Shown: positions 50,216-63,850 of the stretch, in pieces | Layout of the letters: each line of letters begins with the position of its first letter | Position numbering within the stretch: the stretch's first letter is position 1 | Origin: Octopus sinensis | Taxonomy: Eukaryota | Length of the DNA stretch: 64,000 nucleotides | Direction: 5' to 3' | Assembly (NCBI RefSeq): GCF_006345805.1 | Contig: NC_043009.1 | Span: 20,522,001-20,586,000 of the forward strand | The notes under the pieces: generated by a model | The model's database searches: none | What the model was told of the DNA's origin: nothing | The model's input: only the letters and a program-made list of their open reading frames with translations | Translations under genes and position numbers: made by a program

Positions 50216-50391
50216 GTAAGATATTTCTAAGTCTATTCAGGTTGTCTGACAAAGTAGCAAGTTAAATGTAGAGAGCTTTATTTTTTTTATTTTTTATTTT
50301 TTTCATTTTTTATTTTTTTCATTCTTGTCATTTGTTTAGCTACTGAATATTTAGTGTTGATAATTATGCAATTAATATTCTAATTCATTTT

Positions 50392-50600
50392 AAGGTGACA
50401 AGCTGGTGGCAGACTGATTAGCAGGCTGGGCAAAGTGTTTAGTGGCACTTTGTCTCTGTTTTTACATTCTGAGTTCACATTTTGCTAAGGTCAACTTTAC
50501 CTTTCATCCCATTTCAGGTTGATGAAAGAAGGGGTCGATTTAACTGACTGGCCCTCACCCATGAAATTGCTAGCCTTGTGCCAAAACATAAAACCACAAT
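50392..50600 (+). mobile_element. Decayed SINE
   Basis: aaggtgacaagctgg...ctttcatccc...ggggtcgatt...attgctagccttgtgcc. Confidence 0.6.
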
Positions 50601-51064
50601 AGATAATTTATTTTTGAGCTTTGAGGGTTTTTTTCTTTCTTTTTTGCTTTCTGGTAAATATAAGATATAGAGATTGAATGAAACTGGAGGAGATGTCACC
50701 TCTCTCCAGCTTATCCACAATTTTATGTATCTTTCATCAATTCGTCAATCATTTACCTCTGGAAACCTTTCTCTAGTTACATTCCAGGCAAAAACACCAA
50801 TTTGTCCTCATCAAGATTTATAGAAACTTTACAATAACCCTGTCTTTTTGCTAAACAGCAGACAACAACACTTTAAAGATTTAACATTCTGATAATCTCA
50901 CTCTGTTTTCTCAACCTTCCAATCTAAAGCAGACTTCCTAAAAGACTTTGATCATTTCCCTTTTGTGAAGAATTTGTGTTTTTAGCTTTCGTCTCAGACT
51001 GGGGAAAGACAACAAAACTGAGCACATCACTTTTTTTTTATATAACTGACAACAAAGCAACAAT

Positions 51065-51220
<156 letters not shown>

Positions 51221-51481
51221 AGAGTAATGACAATAATGGTTAGATTTTACACATTACTTAAGCATGGCAAACATTTCTCGATACTGTTCAATTAAATAAT
51301 TCTCATCAACTCAGAAAACCATTCAATTGCTAGATTCGACCAACTCCAATACGCAGCCTCATTATGCTTCTAATTAGCCTTCAAGTTGTATTAATTATTT
51401 CATCTATTCTTCTCTTGTTTCATCCTGAAATTCTCTTCTTTTTTTTTTACATGTTTATTTTTTTTCCTTCTAAATTTTTAG

Positions 51482-51586
51482 GTATTCAAATCCCTTGACA
51501 TCAAACAGAATCCTGCTTCCGGCCCCGAAGTCCAAGCCCTTCGCAACCAATTGGATGAGAAACAGAAGCTGATTGATCATTTAGAG
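51482..51586 (+). CDS. HOOK3: HOOK exon (VFKSLDIKQNPASGPEVQALRNQLDEKQKLIDHLE)
   Basis: 105 nt, phase 0/0; resembles VIRTLDPKQN...PEIQALKNQL; weak GTTCCA donor. Confidence 0.92.
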
Positions 51587-52040
51587 GTTCCAACCTTTTT
51601 CAATAACAAAAATTACACATTTTACACAAGTGTGTGTGTGTGTGTGAGTATGCATAAACAAATGTGCATGCATGTGTGTGTGTGTGTACATGTATGTATA
51701 TACAGGTGTACAATGTGGTTGAGTTTATATTATATCTGGATGTATATATGGGTGTGTATGATGATGTCGTTATTATCATCTTTTTAATGTACATTTTTCT
51801 ATAGTCACATTTTATGTACATACATACATATGAACTATGTGTGTGTGTGTATATAAATATATATTTTTTTTCTATATTTAACGAGACGTGAGGCTGATCG
51901 TTAAATATAGAATAAATGTATTTATAATTTATAGCTCCTTATCGCTAAGATAAATATAGCTCACGCATCTCCCATAGATAGGCAAAATATCTCTCTCTCA
52001 AATTTAGGTATTTTATACCTACTAATAAGTATTTCTCTTC

Positions 52041-54294
52041 TGGGCCGTGACAGCTGAGGATATGCGTAAGCTTGCAAGAAATGAAGCCAGTATGCTCCGA
52101 TGGATGTGTAATGTCAGTGTTCATAATCGTCAGAGTGTAAGTACTTTGAGAGAAAAGTTGAACCTAAGAAGTGTCAGTTGTGGTGTGCAAGAGAGACGGC
52201 TGCGCTGGTGTGGTCATGTGACGAGAATGGCTGAAGATAGTTGTGTGCAAAAGTGCTACACCCTAGCAGTTGAGGGAACCTGTGGAAGAGGTAGACCCAG
52301 GAAAACCTGGGACGAGGTGGTGAAGCACGACCTTCGAACTTTAGGTCTCACTGAAGGCCGAGTCCTATGGAAGTGTGCTGTGCATGAGAGGACCCGGCAG
52401 GACTAGTCAGGCCATATCCCGTGGCCCCTACCTGGGACGTAGCCGATCCACCTGTGCATACCTTCCTTCTTGTGACACTTGTGAAGACCTGCTGAGGCAA
52501 GTGAAAATCAATCAAAATAGATGAACATCAATGGAATTTGTATCTTTGTGGTACCAGTGCCTGTGGCACACAAGAAAACCATCCGAATGTGGCCGTAGCC
52601 AGTACCGCATCGACTGGCCTCCGTGCTGTGGGAACATGGTGGCACATAAAAACACCATCCGAAGACCCGGCAAGACTAGTCAGGTCATAACCCGTGGCCC
52701 CTACCTGGGACGTAGTCAGTCCACCTGTACATACCTTCCTTCTTGTGACACTTGTGAAGACCTGTTGAGGCAAGTGAAAATCAAATCAAAACAAATCAAA
52801 ATAGATGAACATCAATGGAATTTGTATCTTTGTGGTACCAGTGCCGGTGGCACACAAGAATCCATCCGAACGTGGCCGTAGTCAGTACCGCTTGTGGTAC
52901 CAGTGCCGGTGGCACACAAGAATCCATCCGAACGTGGCCGTAGTCAGTACCGCATCACTGGCCATCGTACTGTGGCCGTTCGCCAGCCTCATCTAGCACC
53001 TGTGTCGGTGGCACATAAAAACACCATCCGAAGACCCGGCAAGACTAGTCAGGCCATAACCCATGGCCCCTACCTGGGACGTAGTCAGTCCACCTGTGCA
53101 TACCTTCCTCCTTGTGATACTTGTGAAGGCCTGTTGAGGCAAGTGAAAATCAAAATCAAAATCAAATCAAAACAAATCAAAATAGATGAACATCAATGGA
53201 ATTTGTATCTTTGTGGTACCAGTGCCTGTGGCACACAAGAAATCCATCCGAACGTGGCCGTAGTCAGTACCGCATCGACTGGCCATCGTGCTGTGGGCAC
53301 ATAACAAACACCATCCGATCGTGGCCGTTCGCCAGCCTCATCTAGCACCTGTGTCGGTGGCACATAAAAACACCATCCGAAGACCCGGCAAGACTAGTCA
53401 GGCCATATCCCATGGCCCCTACCTGGGACGTAGTCAGTCCACCTGTGCATACCTTCCTCCTTGTGATACTTGTGAAGGCCTGTTGAGGCAAGTGAAAATC
53501 AAAACAAATCAAATCAAATCAAATCAAAACAAATCAAAATAGATGAACATTAATGGAATTGTATCTTTGTGGTACCAGTGCCGATGGCACACAAGAAAAC
53601 CATCCGAATGTGGCCGTAGCCAGTACTGCACCGACTGGCCTCCATGCTGTGGGCACGTAACAAACACCATCCGATCGTGGCCGTTCGCCAGCCTCATCTG
53701 GCACCTGTGTCGGTGGCACATAAAAACACCATCCGAAGACCCGGCAAGACTAGTCAGGCCATAACCTGTGGCCCCTACCTGGGACGTAGTCAGTCCACCT
53801 GTGCATACCTTCCTTCTTGTGACACTTGTGAAGACCTGTTGAGGCAAGTGAAAATCAAAACAAATCAAAATAGATGAACATCAATGGAATTTGTATCTTT
53901 GTGGTACCAGTGACCGTGGCACGTGGCACACAAGAAAACCATCCGAACGTGGCCATAGCCAGTACCGCATCGACTGGCCTCCGTGCTGTGGGCACGTAAC
54001 AAACACCATCCGATCGTGGCCGTTTGCCAGCCTCATCTGGCACCTGTGTCGGTGGCACATAAAAACACCATCCGAGCGTGGCCGTTTGCCAGCCTCGTCT
54101 GGCACCTGTGTCGGTGGCACATAAAATCACCCACTACACTCTCGGAGTGGTTGGCGTTAGGAAGGGCATCCAGCTGTAGAAACACTGCCAGATCTGACTG
54201 GACTGGTGCAGCTTTCGGGCTCCCCAGACCCCAGTTGAACCGTCCAACCCATGCTAGCATGGAAAGCGGACGTTAAATGATGATGATGATGATG
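52041..54294 (+). mobile_element. RTE copy 2: ORF 3' end plus five-fold tandem 3' UTR
   Basis: ORF 52047..52406 equals the RTE C-terminus; units start at 52401, 52674, 53043, 53392 and 53748; standard tail and (GAT)n. Confidence 0.92.
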
Positions 54295-54295
54295 A

Positions 54296-57200
54296 AAGGA
54301 ATGGCGTGCATACATGGCTGCTAGTTTTCGCGGTGCACCCGCCCTCCCACTCCCACCACTGGTACAGGATGTCCTAAATTTTCTCATCCTTGTTGTCTCC
54401 CTTGTACACTTCAAAGTCTTACGCCACCCCCACCTCCTTCCATAAAAGGTAGTGGTCATTCATTGCAAGATACACTTCAAAGTCTTACGCCACCCCCACC
54501 TCCTTCCATAAAAGGTAGTGGTCATTCATTGCAAGATATGTTAGTGTTGTGTATGCGGTTTGAACTTGAGTTTTATTGTTTGTCTATGAATCCTGCCAAA
54601 TGCGAGTTTTCTTTTCAGGTCCATGACGCTACTAGGGCCAATACCACCCACACCTACACCCTCAGGGTTGGCACCCTGAAAGGCAGATCTGGCGAGATCG
54701 TTGAATTGCTTGAATGGAGGTGTGTTGATATATGCTGCATTCAAGAAGTGAGGTGGAGAGGAGGTTCTGCTAGGTTCCTCACAGGCAAAGGACAGAGGTA
54801 CAAGATTTTCTGGGCTGGGAATACTGATGGGGTCGGGGGTGTGGGTATGCTTATCGCTGAAAAATGGGTAGATAAGGTAATCGAGGTAGTCAGAGTATGT
54901 GACAGAATACTTAAGATTAGATTAGTGCTCCATCATAGTTTAGCAACTGTTATATCGGCCTATGCCCCTCAGCCAGGGCTACCCGATGGACAGAAAGACT
55001 GTTTCTATGACACCCTACTGCAGACCACCTCATTGACGTACGACAGGGACCTTCTCTTTGTGGCTGGTGACTTCAATGGGCATGTTGGATGATGTGCTGG
55101 GGGCTTCCATGGCATTCATGGAGGCTACGGTTATGGTTCCCGCAACGAGGAGGGAACCAGGCTGCTGGAGTTCTGCGATGCGAATAGTCTTATGGTTTGC
55201 AACACTAACTTCAGGAAACCGACAAGCCACCTGGTCACCCACCGATCGGGCCGGCATACTAGCCAAATCAACTACATCCTTGCCAGAAAAAGGGAAAGAT
55301 GGCTGCTTATAAATGCCAAAACCTACCCAGGCGAAGAATGTACCCCACAACATAGACTGGTAGTTAGTGACTTTAAGATCAGGACTAAGAGGACGACTAG
55401 AAGACGACCAACATGGAGAAGAAGGGTCTGGAAGCTTAAAGACCCTGCAAATGGACAGAGATTTAGAGACATGTTACTTGAAGCCTTTGACGAAATAGAA
55501 GGGGGTATAGCTACACATGGGGTAGAAGACAACTGGACGCTTCTAAGGGACAACCTGCTGAAAGCCACTGACCAGATCTGTGGCTGGTGCAAAGTCCCCT
55601 CAAGACCCAAAATAACGTGGTGGTGGAACAATATTGTTGACAGGGCTATTAGACAAAAGAAACAGGCTTGGAAGGACTGGAAGAACGGTGGTAGCAGGGA
55701 AGTGTATCAGACTGCCAGAAGGGAAGCTAGGAGGCAGGTGTATTTAGCCAGAGGGGAAGCAGATAAGAAAAGATTTGCCAATGTCCTGCGCCGGGAGGAT
55801 GAAAGACTTGAAGTATTTCGTGTTGCAAGACAGTGTGTGAAAGAGAATCGTGACGTAGTTGGAGAGAAATGTGTTCGCAAGGATGATGGTTCACTTGTGC
55901 TAAATGAGGATGCAAAGAGAGAGGTTTGGAGACGCCACTATGAAAGGTTGCTGAATGAGGAAAATAAATGGGATAAAGAGTGTCTGCCGAATGTCGACCC
56001 AACAGAGAGAAAAGCAATCCGAGTTGACAGTTCCTTAGTAGTTAAGGCAATTACAAGCATGAAAACAGGGAAAGCCCCAGGCCCATCAGGTATTACTGCA
56101 GAGATGCTCAAAATATCTGGTAGTGTCGGCTATAGCCTAGTCACCCGTATAGTTAACCAGGTGATACACGAAGGATTCATACCCAATGACTGGTGTAGCA
56201 GCATAATAGTCAACTGCTACAGGAGTATCAAGATGCTGGATCAGGTAATGAAGGTTACGGAGAGGGTTATATCCCAACTAATCAGAGAGAGAATTAGCTT
56301 AGATGAGATGCAGTTTGGGTTCGTGCCAGGGAAAAGTACTACTGATGCTATATTCCTGGTAAGACAGCTGCAGGAGAAATACCTAGCCAAAGATAGGCCC
56401 CTGTACCTGGCTTTTGTTGACATGGAGAAAGCCTTCGACAGGGTCCCCCGATTCCTTATCTGGTGGTCAATGAGGAAACTAGGGATAGATGAATGGTTAG
56501 TGAGAGCTGTGCGAGCCATGTACAGAGACACTGCTAGTAAGGTGAGGGTTGGCAACGAGTACAGTGAAGAATTCCGGGTAGAGGTTGGGGTCCACCAAGG
56601 TTCAGTCCTCAGTCCCCTCCTATTTATCATAGTCCTCCAGGCAATAACAGAGGAATTCAAGACAGGATGCCCCTGGGAGCTCCTCTATGCTGATGACCTT
56701 GCTCTAATTGCTGAGTCTCTATCAGAACTGGAGGAGAAGTTTCAGGTGTGGAAGCAAGGTTTAGAATCGAAGGGCCTTACAATCAACCTAGCCAAAACCA
56801 AAGTCCTAATAAGTAGGAAAGTAGACAAGTCACAAACGCCTTCAGGTAGATGGCCCTGCTCGATCTGTAAAAAAGGTGTAGGTAGAAACTCTATAAGGTG
56901 CACCAAGTGTAAGCTATGGACACATAAGAGGTGTAGCAATGTCAAAGGAAGGCTAACTAGGAAAATAGTTTTTGTCTGTGGCAGATGCTCAGGAGCAATA
57001 AACACTGAAAATATGCAGAGACCAACTTCTACCATGTTCCAAGGAGAAAAATTAGAAGTAGTTGATAGCTTCCGCTACCTAGGTGACCAAGTCAGTAGCG
57101 GGGGCGGGTGTGCTGAAAGTGTAACTGCTAGAGTAAGAATAGCCTTGGCAAAGTTTAGAGAGCTCTTACCCCTGCTGGTGACAAAAGGCCTCTCGCTCAG

Positions 57201-58074
57201 AGTAAAAGGCAGACTGTATGATGCATGTGTACGTACAGCCATGCTACATGGTAGTGAAACATGGGCTGTGACTGCTGAGGATATGCGTAAGCTCACAAGA
57301 AATGAAGCCAGTATGCTCCGATGGATGTGTAATGTCAGTGTTCATAATCGACAGAGTGTAAGTACCTTGAGAGAAAAGTTGGACCTAAGAAGCATCAGTT
57401 GTGGTGTGCAAGAGCGACGTCTGCGCTGGTATGGGCATGTGACGAGAATGGGTGAAGATAGTTGTGTGCAAAAGTGCCACACCCTAGCAGTTGAGGGAAC
57501 CTGTGGAAGAGGAAAACCTGGGACGAGGTGGTGAAGTACGACCTTCGAACTTTAGGTTTCACCAAGGAAATGACTAGAGACCGAGACCTATGGAAGTATG
57601 CTGTGCGTGAGAAGACCCGGCAAGACCAGTGAGAACAGTCAAAGTGAAAATCAAAATCAAACCAAATCAAATCAGATATCAGAAAGCAGAACCAAAATTG
57701 AGGTCGATCAAAATCAGTGGAAATTGCAGCTGTGGTTAAGCGAACCATCCGATCATGGTCGTTGTCAGCACCACCCTGTCTGGCCTCCATGCCAGTGGCA
57801 CATAAAAGCACCATCCATTCATGTCCGTTGCCAGCCTTGCCTGGCCCCCATGCCGGTGGCACGTAAAAGCACCATCCATTCTGTCTGGCACCTGTGCAGG
57901 TGGCACGTAAAAAGCACCCACTACACTCACAGAGTAGTTGGCGTTAGGAAGGGCATCCAGCCGTAGAAACACTGCCAGATCTGACTGGGCCTGATGAAGC
58001 CTTCCGGCTTCACAGACCCCAGTTGAACCGTCCAACCCATGCTAGCATGGAAAACGGACGCTAATTGATGATGA

Positions 58075-58077
<3 letters not shown>
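54296..58077 (+). mobile_element. RTE copy 3, near full length
   Basis: One frame 54463..57534 broken by TGA at 55090; in-frame deletions near 54670 and 56220; ~10-nt deletion near 57510; 66-bp duplication 54405-54536; (GAT)n tail. Confidence 0.95.
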
Positions 58078-58119
<42 letters not shown>

Positions 58120-58705
58120 GGTGTATGTGTTTTGTCAGCTTTCCCCTTCATTCTTCTAAGGATTCAATATATACCAGTCAAATATTGGGGGCTATTTAAT
58201 TGACTAACTCCCTCACGCAAAATGTAACAGCTTGTGTGTCTGTATTAGAAATCAGTAATAAACAAACCCTTTGATTGTTTTGCATTTTGTTCAGATTTTT
58301 TGGGGCATAGTGTAACTAGGACTACATCATCCCTACTGTGTGTAATTTAAATCGAGAGGAATGTAAACTGATGCAGATTTGGCTGCTATTTTTGGCAGGA
58401 AAATAATAATGTTGAGCCTTGACCATTGGCCAAACAAACTTAATTTATTTTCTGATCTAAATGGACCCATGTTGACTCTAACCACATCTGGTTTATGTTG
58501 GCAGGGACCACAGCTAGTTTATGTCCACACTGAGCACAGCTGGTTTGTGTAAAGCTCTGTCTGTTGTCTCTCTACTCTCTCAACTACTTTTGCCCTTGAA
58601 ATCTGTCTTTTGTCAATGATTATATCAATGTTGTTTAAAAACTGAAAGTACTCATGCACCACACACACACACACACACATGTATACGTATTATTCTATTT
58701 TATAG

Positions 58706-58777
58706 AAAGATTATGAGAAGAGCAAAGTTATGCGAGAGGAAGAAGAAAAGTTAATTATAACAGCTTGGTATAATCTG
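58706..58777 (+). CDS. HOOK3: HOOK exon (KDYEKSKVMREEEEKLIITAWYNL)
   Basis: 72 nt, phase 0/0, GTGAGT donor; resembles KEYEKTK...EEKYIVSAWYNM. Confidence 0.95.
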
Positions 58778-58982
58778 GTGAGTTTTGTTGAGGTATTTCA
58801 CAAAAATATTCATAAAAAAATAGAAGTATCTGCAAATGAAATATTTCATCCTATTTTAAACTATTGTATCTCTGATTTAGATTTATTTCAAGGGAGTTCC
58901 ATGAGTTTGTCTGTCTTGGGGAGAAATGACATTTGATGTTTTAATAACATTTACCAATGGCCACTAGTTTATTGTCATTATT

Positions 58983-59345
58983 AAGGCTGTCAGCTGGCAG
59001 AATCGTTAGCACATTGGGCAAAATGCTTAGTACCATTTTGTCCATCTTTACAATTAAGTTCAAATTCCACAAAGTTCAGTTTTGCCTCCCATCCTTTCAG
59101 GGTCAATAGAATAAGCACCCATTACACTCTCGGAGTGGTTGGTGTTAGGAAGGGCATCCAGCCGTAGAAAACCATGCCAAATCAGACAGGTATTTGGTGC
59201 AGCATTCCAGCATACCAGCTCGATTGAACCATGCCAGCATGGACAATGGATGATAAATGATGATGATGATGATGATGATGAATACTGGGGTCAATGTAAT
59301 CAACTTAACCTCTCCCCGAAATTGCTGGCCTTGTGCCTATAGTAG
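58983..59345 (+). mobile_element. SINE interrupted by an RTE-tail insertion (~59120-59280)
   Basis: SINE core ...catcctttcagggtcaatagaataagcacc resumes as aatactggggtcaatgtaatc after the insert's (GAT)n. Confidence 0.7.
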
Positions 59346-60152
59346 AAAGGATTATTGTTATTATTATTATTATCATTATTATTATTTAAACCTATTTGTT
59401 GTTATCTGATAAAAGAAAGAAAGAACGAATTGAAAGAGACATGAAGATCTCTTTCCCCAAGACTTTCTCTTGAAGAGAAATGGTTGAAAATATTTGCATC
59501 CATTATCACAACAGGTCATCCTCATGTGCTTGTGCATTTCAATCTCATCTTCATGAATCCATGAAGATGATCAACCCGATGTCCATCGATACTACGGACT
59601 GTAATCATCCGAGGAATATGGACTGGGATCTTAAGAGACATGTGATTTGGGGAAACACATGTAGCAATGCATTAAATGTTTATAAATTCTATCCAAGGAT
59701 TATTGTTGTTATGACCGCTGAAGTGGTTGGTGATAGAACGACCATCCTGCTGTCAAAACCAAGCCAGAATGAGACACGCACCCAAGCACCATCTGTGAGA
59801 GCAGTGGTTCCCAGTGAGAACTGGCTGTGACCATGATGGCCCACCTAACCCATGCCAGCACAGAAAATAGATGTAAAATTACTCTGGTAATGATGGCAGC
59901 ATTGGGGAAGTTGAAAGCTTCAGTGCCACACAGTTGGATCTCAGGTTGGAATCTTTGGACTGGGTGAAGTTACAGGAACAAAACCTCCACATTAAATCAA
60001 CAATTTGTTGAATTTTTTCATTTTTAGAGGCAACATTACATTGTTACGTTGTCCTAATTAATTTCTGTGTGTTGAAAAATTCATAGATAGATAGAGAGAA
60101 AGAAAGAAAAAACAGTCTCCCTCGTATGATATTCCTCTTTATTCTGTTACAG

Positions 60153-60257
60153 AGTCGGCAGTTACAGCGACGAGCGGTGGATGAGAAATTAAGTCACAAT
60201 AACTCAGGCCAGTCATTTCTCACTAAACAGCGACAAGTTCATGGCCGCAGGATATAA
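60153..60257 (+). CDS. HOOK3: HOOK terminal coding exon (SRQLQRRAVDEKLSHNNSGQSFLTKQRQVHGRRI*)
   Basis: ctgttacAG acceptor; SGQSFLxxQRQ C-terminal Hook motif; TAA at 60255-60257. Confidence 0.92.
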   Translation, partial: SRQLQRRAVDEKLSHNNSGQSFLTKQRQVHGRRI

Positions 60258-60421
60258 TGGACATCTTTCGCAAACAACAGCCCTAATTCCTCATTCAGCT
60301 GGCCTTCATTGATTTGTTTCGTTGTTTTGTTTTGTTTTTTTTCTAACCTGTTCTGGTTTCGAACTTAACTGTCATCTTGGTGCTGGTTATAAGATGACTG
60401 TTACATTGTGTATATATATAC

Positions 60422-60470
<49 letters not shown>

Positions 60471-62439
60471 ATATTATATTAGCTAACAACATCACATTGA
60501 TGGGAACAAAGACTTACAGTCATTTGATATCAGCACTCTGCTACAATTATTGTACAGATACCCCTTACTTACATTATTCTACAACAAATACCACTTCATG
60601 CATTATTAAATTAATTAATGTGTGTACGTGTAATCTTTATATATATGTATGTGTGTATGTATGTATGTATGTATGTATGTGTGTGTATCTATGTGCATAT
60701 ATATATATATACATATGCACACACATGTGTATGTATGTATGTATGTATGTATATGTGTGTGTGTGCATAAATATATGTGTATGTATATATATTATTAATG
60801 AATTCACCACCATTACACACTCACACATATACATACATTCTGAAGTGTATATATTGACATAAACATTTCATCTGTTTCTTCTCCTCGTTACCACTTCCCA
60901 CTCACTCATTTGTGCATTATTACATTAATTAATGCTTTTGTGCATAAATTCATCCCCGTGCAGTTTTAGTGTATATAAAATGAGGGGTGTAGATGGAGAG
61001 TTTTGGACAAATGTAAATATATATATATGATTGCTGCTTTCGAGGTCTGAGGAAAGAACAGTGTTCAGGAATGTTCCACCAACCATTCACAGATTAGATT
61101 CCATATTCCTCCACTCTTTCTCATTTTATTTTCATCTTCTGCCAACGATCCCCAGACACTAATTCACCAATTCCTTTACATTTCAGAAACATGTTAGCTT
61201 TTTGATTGGTTTTTGTTTTGTTTATTTTTAAGCTAATCAAGATTTCAATTTCTCTGACCCAGCTTATCTTTAATTATTTTTTATTTAGAGTTAATTCTCT
61301 TATTTACTAATTGCTGCTTATTTCATGGTTTAATTTGATTTGAGTGAATGAAAAAGAGGAAAACAAAGTGAAGATTATTATAGTTTCAACCTAAGAATTC
61401 AGATACAGACCTACATTTACTGAACTCCTGATATCAAAAGTAATACAGCAAAAGCTGGTCTTTTTAAAAACGTTTTTCTCTTAAATTCAAATATCTTTAC
61501 ATTTCTTCTACAAACTTCTTCCAAATGTCTTTCAAAGTAAATACTTAGCTAAAAGATGAAGAAAAAAATAACTGCAGATATTTTCTTATTTACAAAATTT
61601 CTCCTTGAAATTTTGCCAGAATTTTAGCAGAGTATTTTAAGATTTATTGAAACATTTTAAGAGTTAAATTTAAGTTGGTTTACTTTTAGAAGGACTTTAG
61701 CTCTGTCAAATTTTTATCTTTTTTTTTTACTTAAAACTGTGACAATATAGGCCACACTTGCAATTTAGTATCCCAATTAACATCAATTATAATCTTATTA
61801 ATGAAGCTCTTTTATTAGACAGGGCTGCGATATTCAGGGCTGCGATATTCACACAAATGTTGACACCAATTTTGCTTTTTCTGGATTCATTTTTAATATT
61901 TGATTATTTCACATGTGCCTCAGCCAATATAATTTTGGTTGTAATCCTGACTATTTAATTGTTAGTTCTTAATTAAATGTCACCTTGTTTTTTCACACAA
62001 TTTTTATGTTGCAAAGACAAAAGATGTTATTTGTTCCATGTTTGTTTGGTTGAACCTATTTACATGTGTATTTATTGTGTGTGTGTATGTGTATATACAA
62101 TTGATGTATGGCTCTGTGGTTGAGTGATTTGGAGCATTCTGTAAATTTTGTTGCCTCCAACTCCAAATATTCCCATTGTAAAGTAGTTGTGTTATCAACC
62201 AGACACATTAAGGTAAGCAGAAAGTATGTCAGTGTAAAGTGCTTAACACAAATCCTTGTGTAAAACGATTTTGTTGTGAAATATAAACTTTAAATCCTCT
62301 CCTTTTCTTGTCTTCTGTTTTCTTTCTGTTCTCTCACCAGGCATCGTCAAGGTAAACATTAAAACACCACCAAATATAGTCCAACACCTTATAAATACAA
62401 CCAGCAATTGGCCAAATACCTTATAGCCATGTCAAGTCA

Positions 62440-63850
62440 GTAGTCAACACTGTTTTCTTGTGTCAGCTGTGTAGCTTCTCTATGAATGTGAAATTCCTGC
62501 AGATGCTGCAAATGGCCAAACTGGTCTAGCAGAGACCACAGGTGGACAGTTTAATTAGCTACTAAGATGGTTCTGCAGATGAGGGATGGGTGGAGCTAAT
62601 AAGTGAGCATTTTTATTTGGAGATTATTATGCCAGACGTGATAAAAAGCTCTGCAACAACATCACAGCCACCAAATCTCTGTAATGAGTAACAAAGGAGA
62701 GTCACCGACAATTCTGGCTTCGCAGAAACTTTACTGGGGATCATTTGAGAGAGAGAGAGATTGATGGTGTTAGAAGACTTTGTTGTTAATGATTGTCTGC
62801 ATAAAGATATTGGAAATGAATGCACTATGGCAACCGTTGCCAGGGTGAGGGAGGTTTCCTTTGTTGCTGATGGGATGCACTTGCATGTTTTCAAAGGTCG
62901 GGATAAATCTCTGTAGAAATGGAGAGATTAAAGAGATTAGATGTGGATGCTGTGGTGTTTGAGAGAAGGAACTTCATCTGAGCTGGTTTGAAGCAATTGA
63001 AGTTACTTTCACTGTTGTTGTGAATTCATTTCAAGTGGTCCTGAAGATTAAATATAATGGGTGGGAGTTGGCTGCAAAGGTGAAGAGGTGGGGAAGGACT
63101 TTGCAACTTTGGGGAAAACCTCTTTGGCAGGGGACCAAAATGATCAGCTGCAGCTCAGAAACTGAAATACCTTGAAAGCTGGATAATGTATGAAGATATC
63201 TGTCATAGATTGATTGTGATCTTGCACTGTGATAAACACTACCTTATTTGTGTGGTTTTGGTGTGGGAGAGTTTGCCCAGGCGGAGTAGGGTTTTTTGTT
63301 TTGTTTTATTTTATCCTGAACAGCTTCTGTACAACCAAGTGGACAACTTGAGTGAATTTGAGGTTTTAGGGGTTTGTTTGGTGCAGGATGTGGAGGAATA
63401 TTTCTAAAAAAAGTTTCAGTTATTTACCTCCCTGTTTATCATGACTCAGAAATGAAGCACATTTGTTGCTGGTGGGGTTGGTGTAAAACCAGCAGAGCTT
63501 CAATCAGTTGGTTGAAGTGCTTTGTGGAGGGTGGGGGGGCAATAAGGCAGAGGTTAAACTTTCTGAGAAGTGCAGTTTGGTAGAAATTAGATTTGGAAGT
63601 AAGAAAGAGCTGAAGGGTGTCAGGGACGTGTGTGTGTGTGTGTTAATCTGAATGTGTTTAGAAGATGAAACAAGTTGATGAAAAGAGTTGAGAGTTACAA
63701 AAGATTCAATTTCTGCAACTGTGCCATGGGTGAGAAAGCCACAGTGACCATGATGATTCTGGAAAGAGTAAAGTTAGATATATGGAGGAGATATAGTCAA
63801 GAAAAGGCCTGAGCAGGGAATAGATTTGAAAGAGCTGGTGTTTTAGGGAG
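62440..63850 (-). mobile_element. Highly degenerate APE-RT LINE fragments
   Basis: Minus strand gives PDTLQLFLTS near 63620 and KCIPSATKETSL-like RT-tail remnants near 62870, with many stops. Confidence 0.4.
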
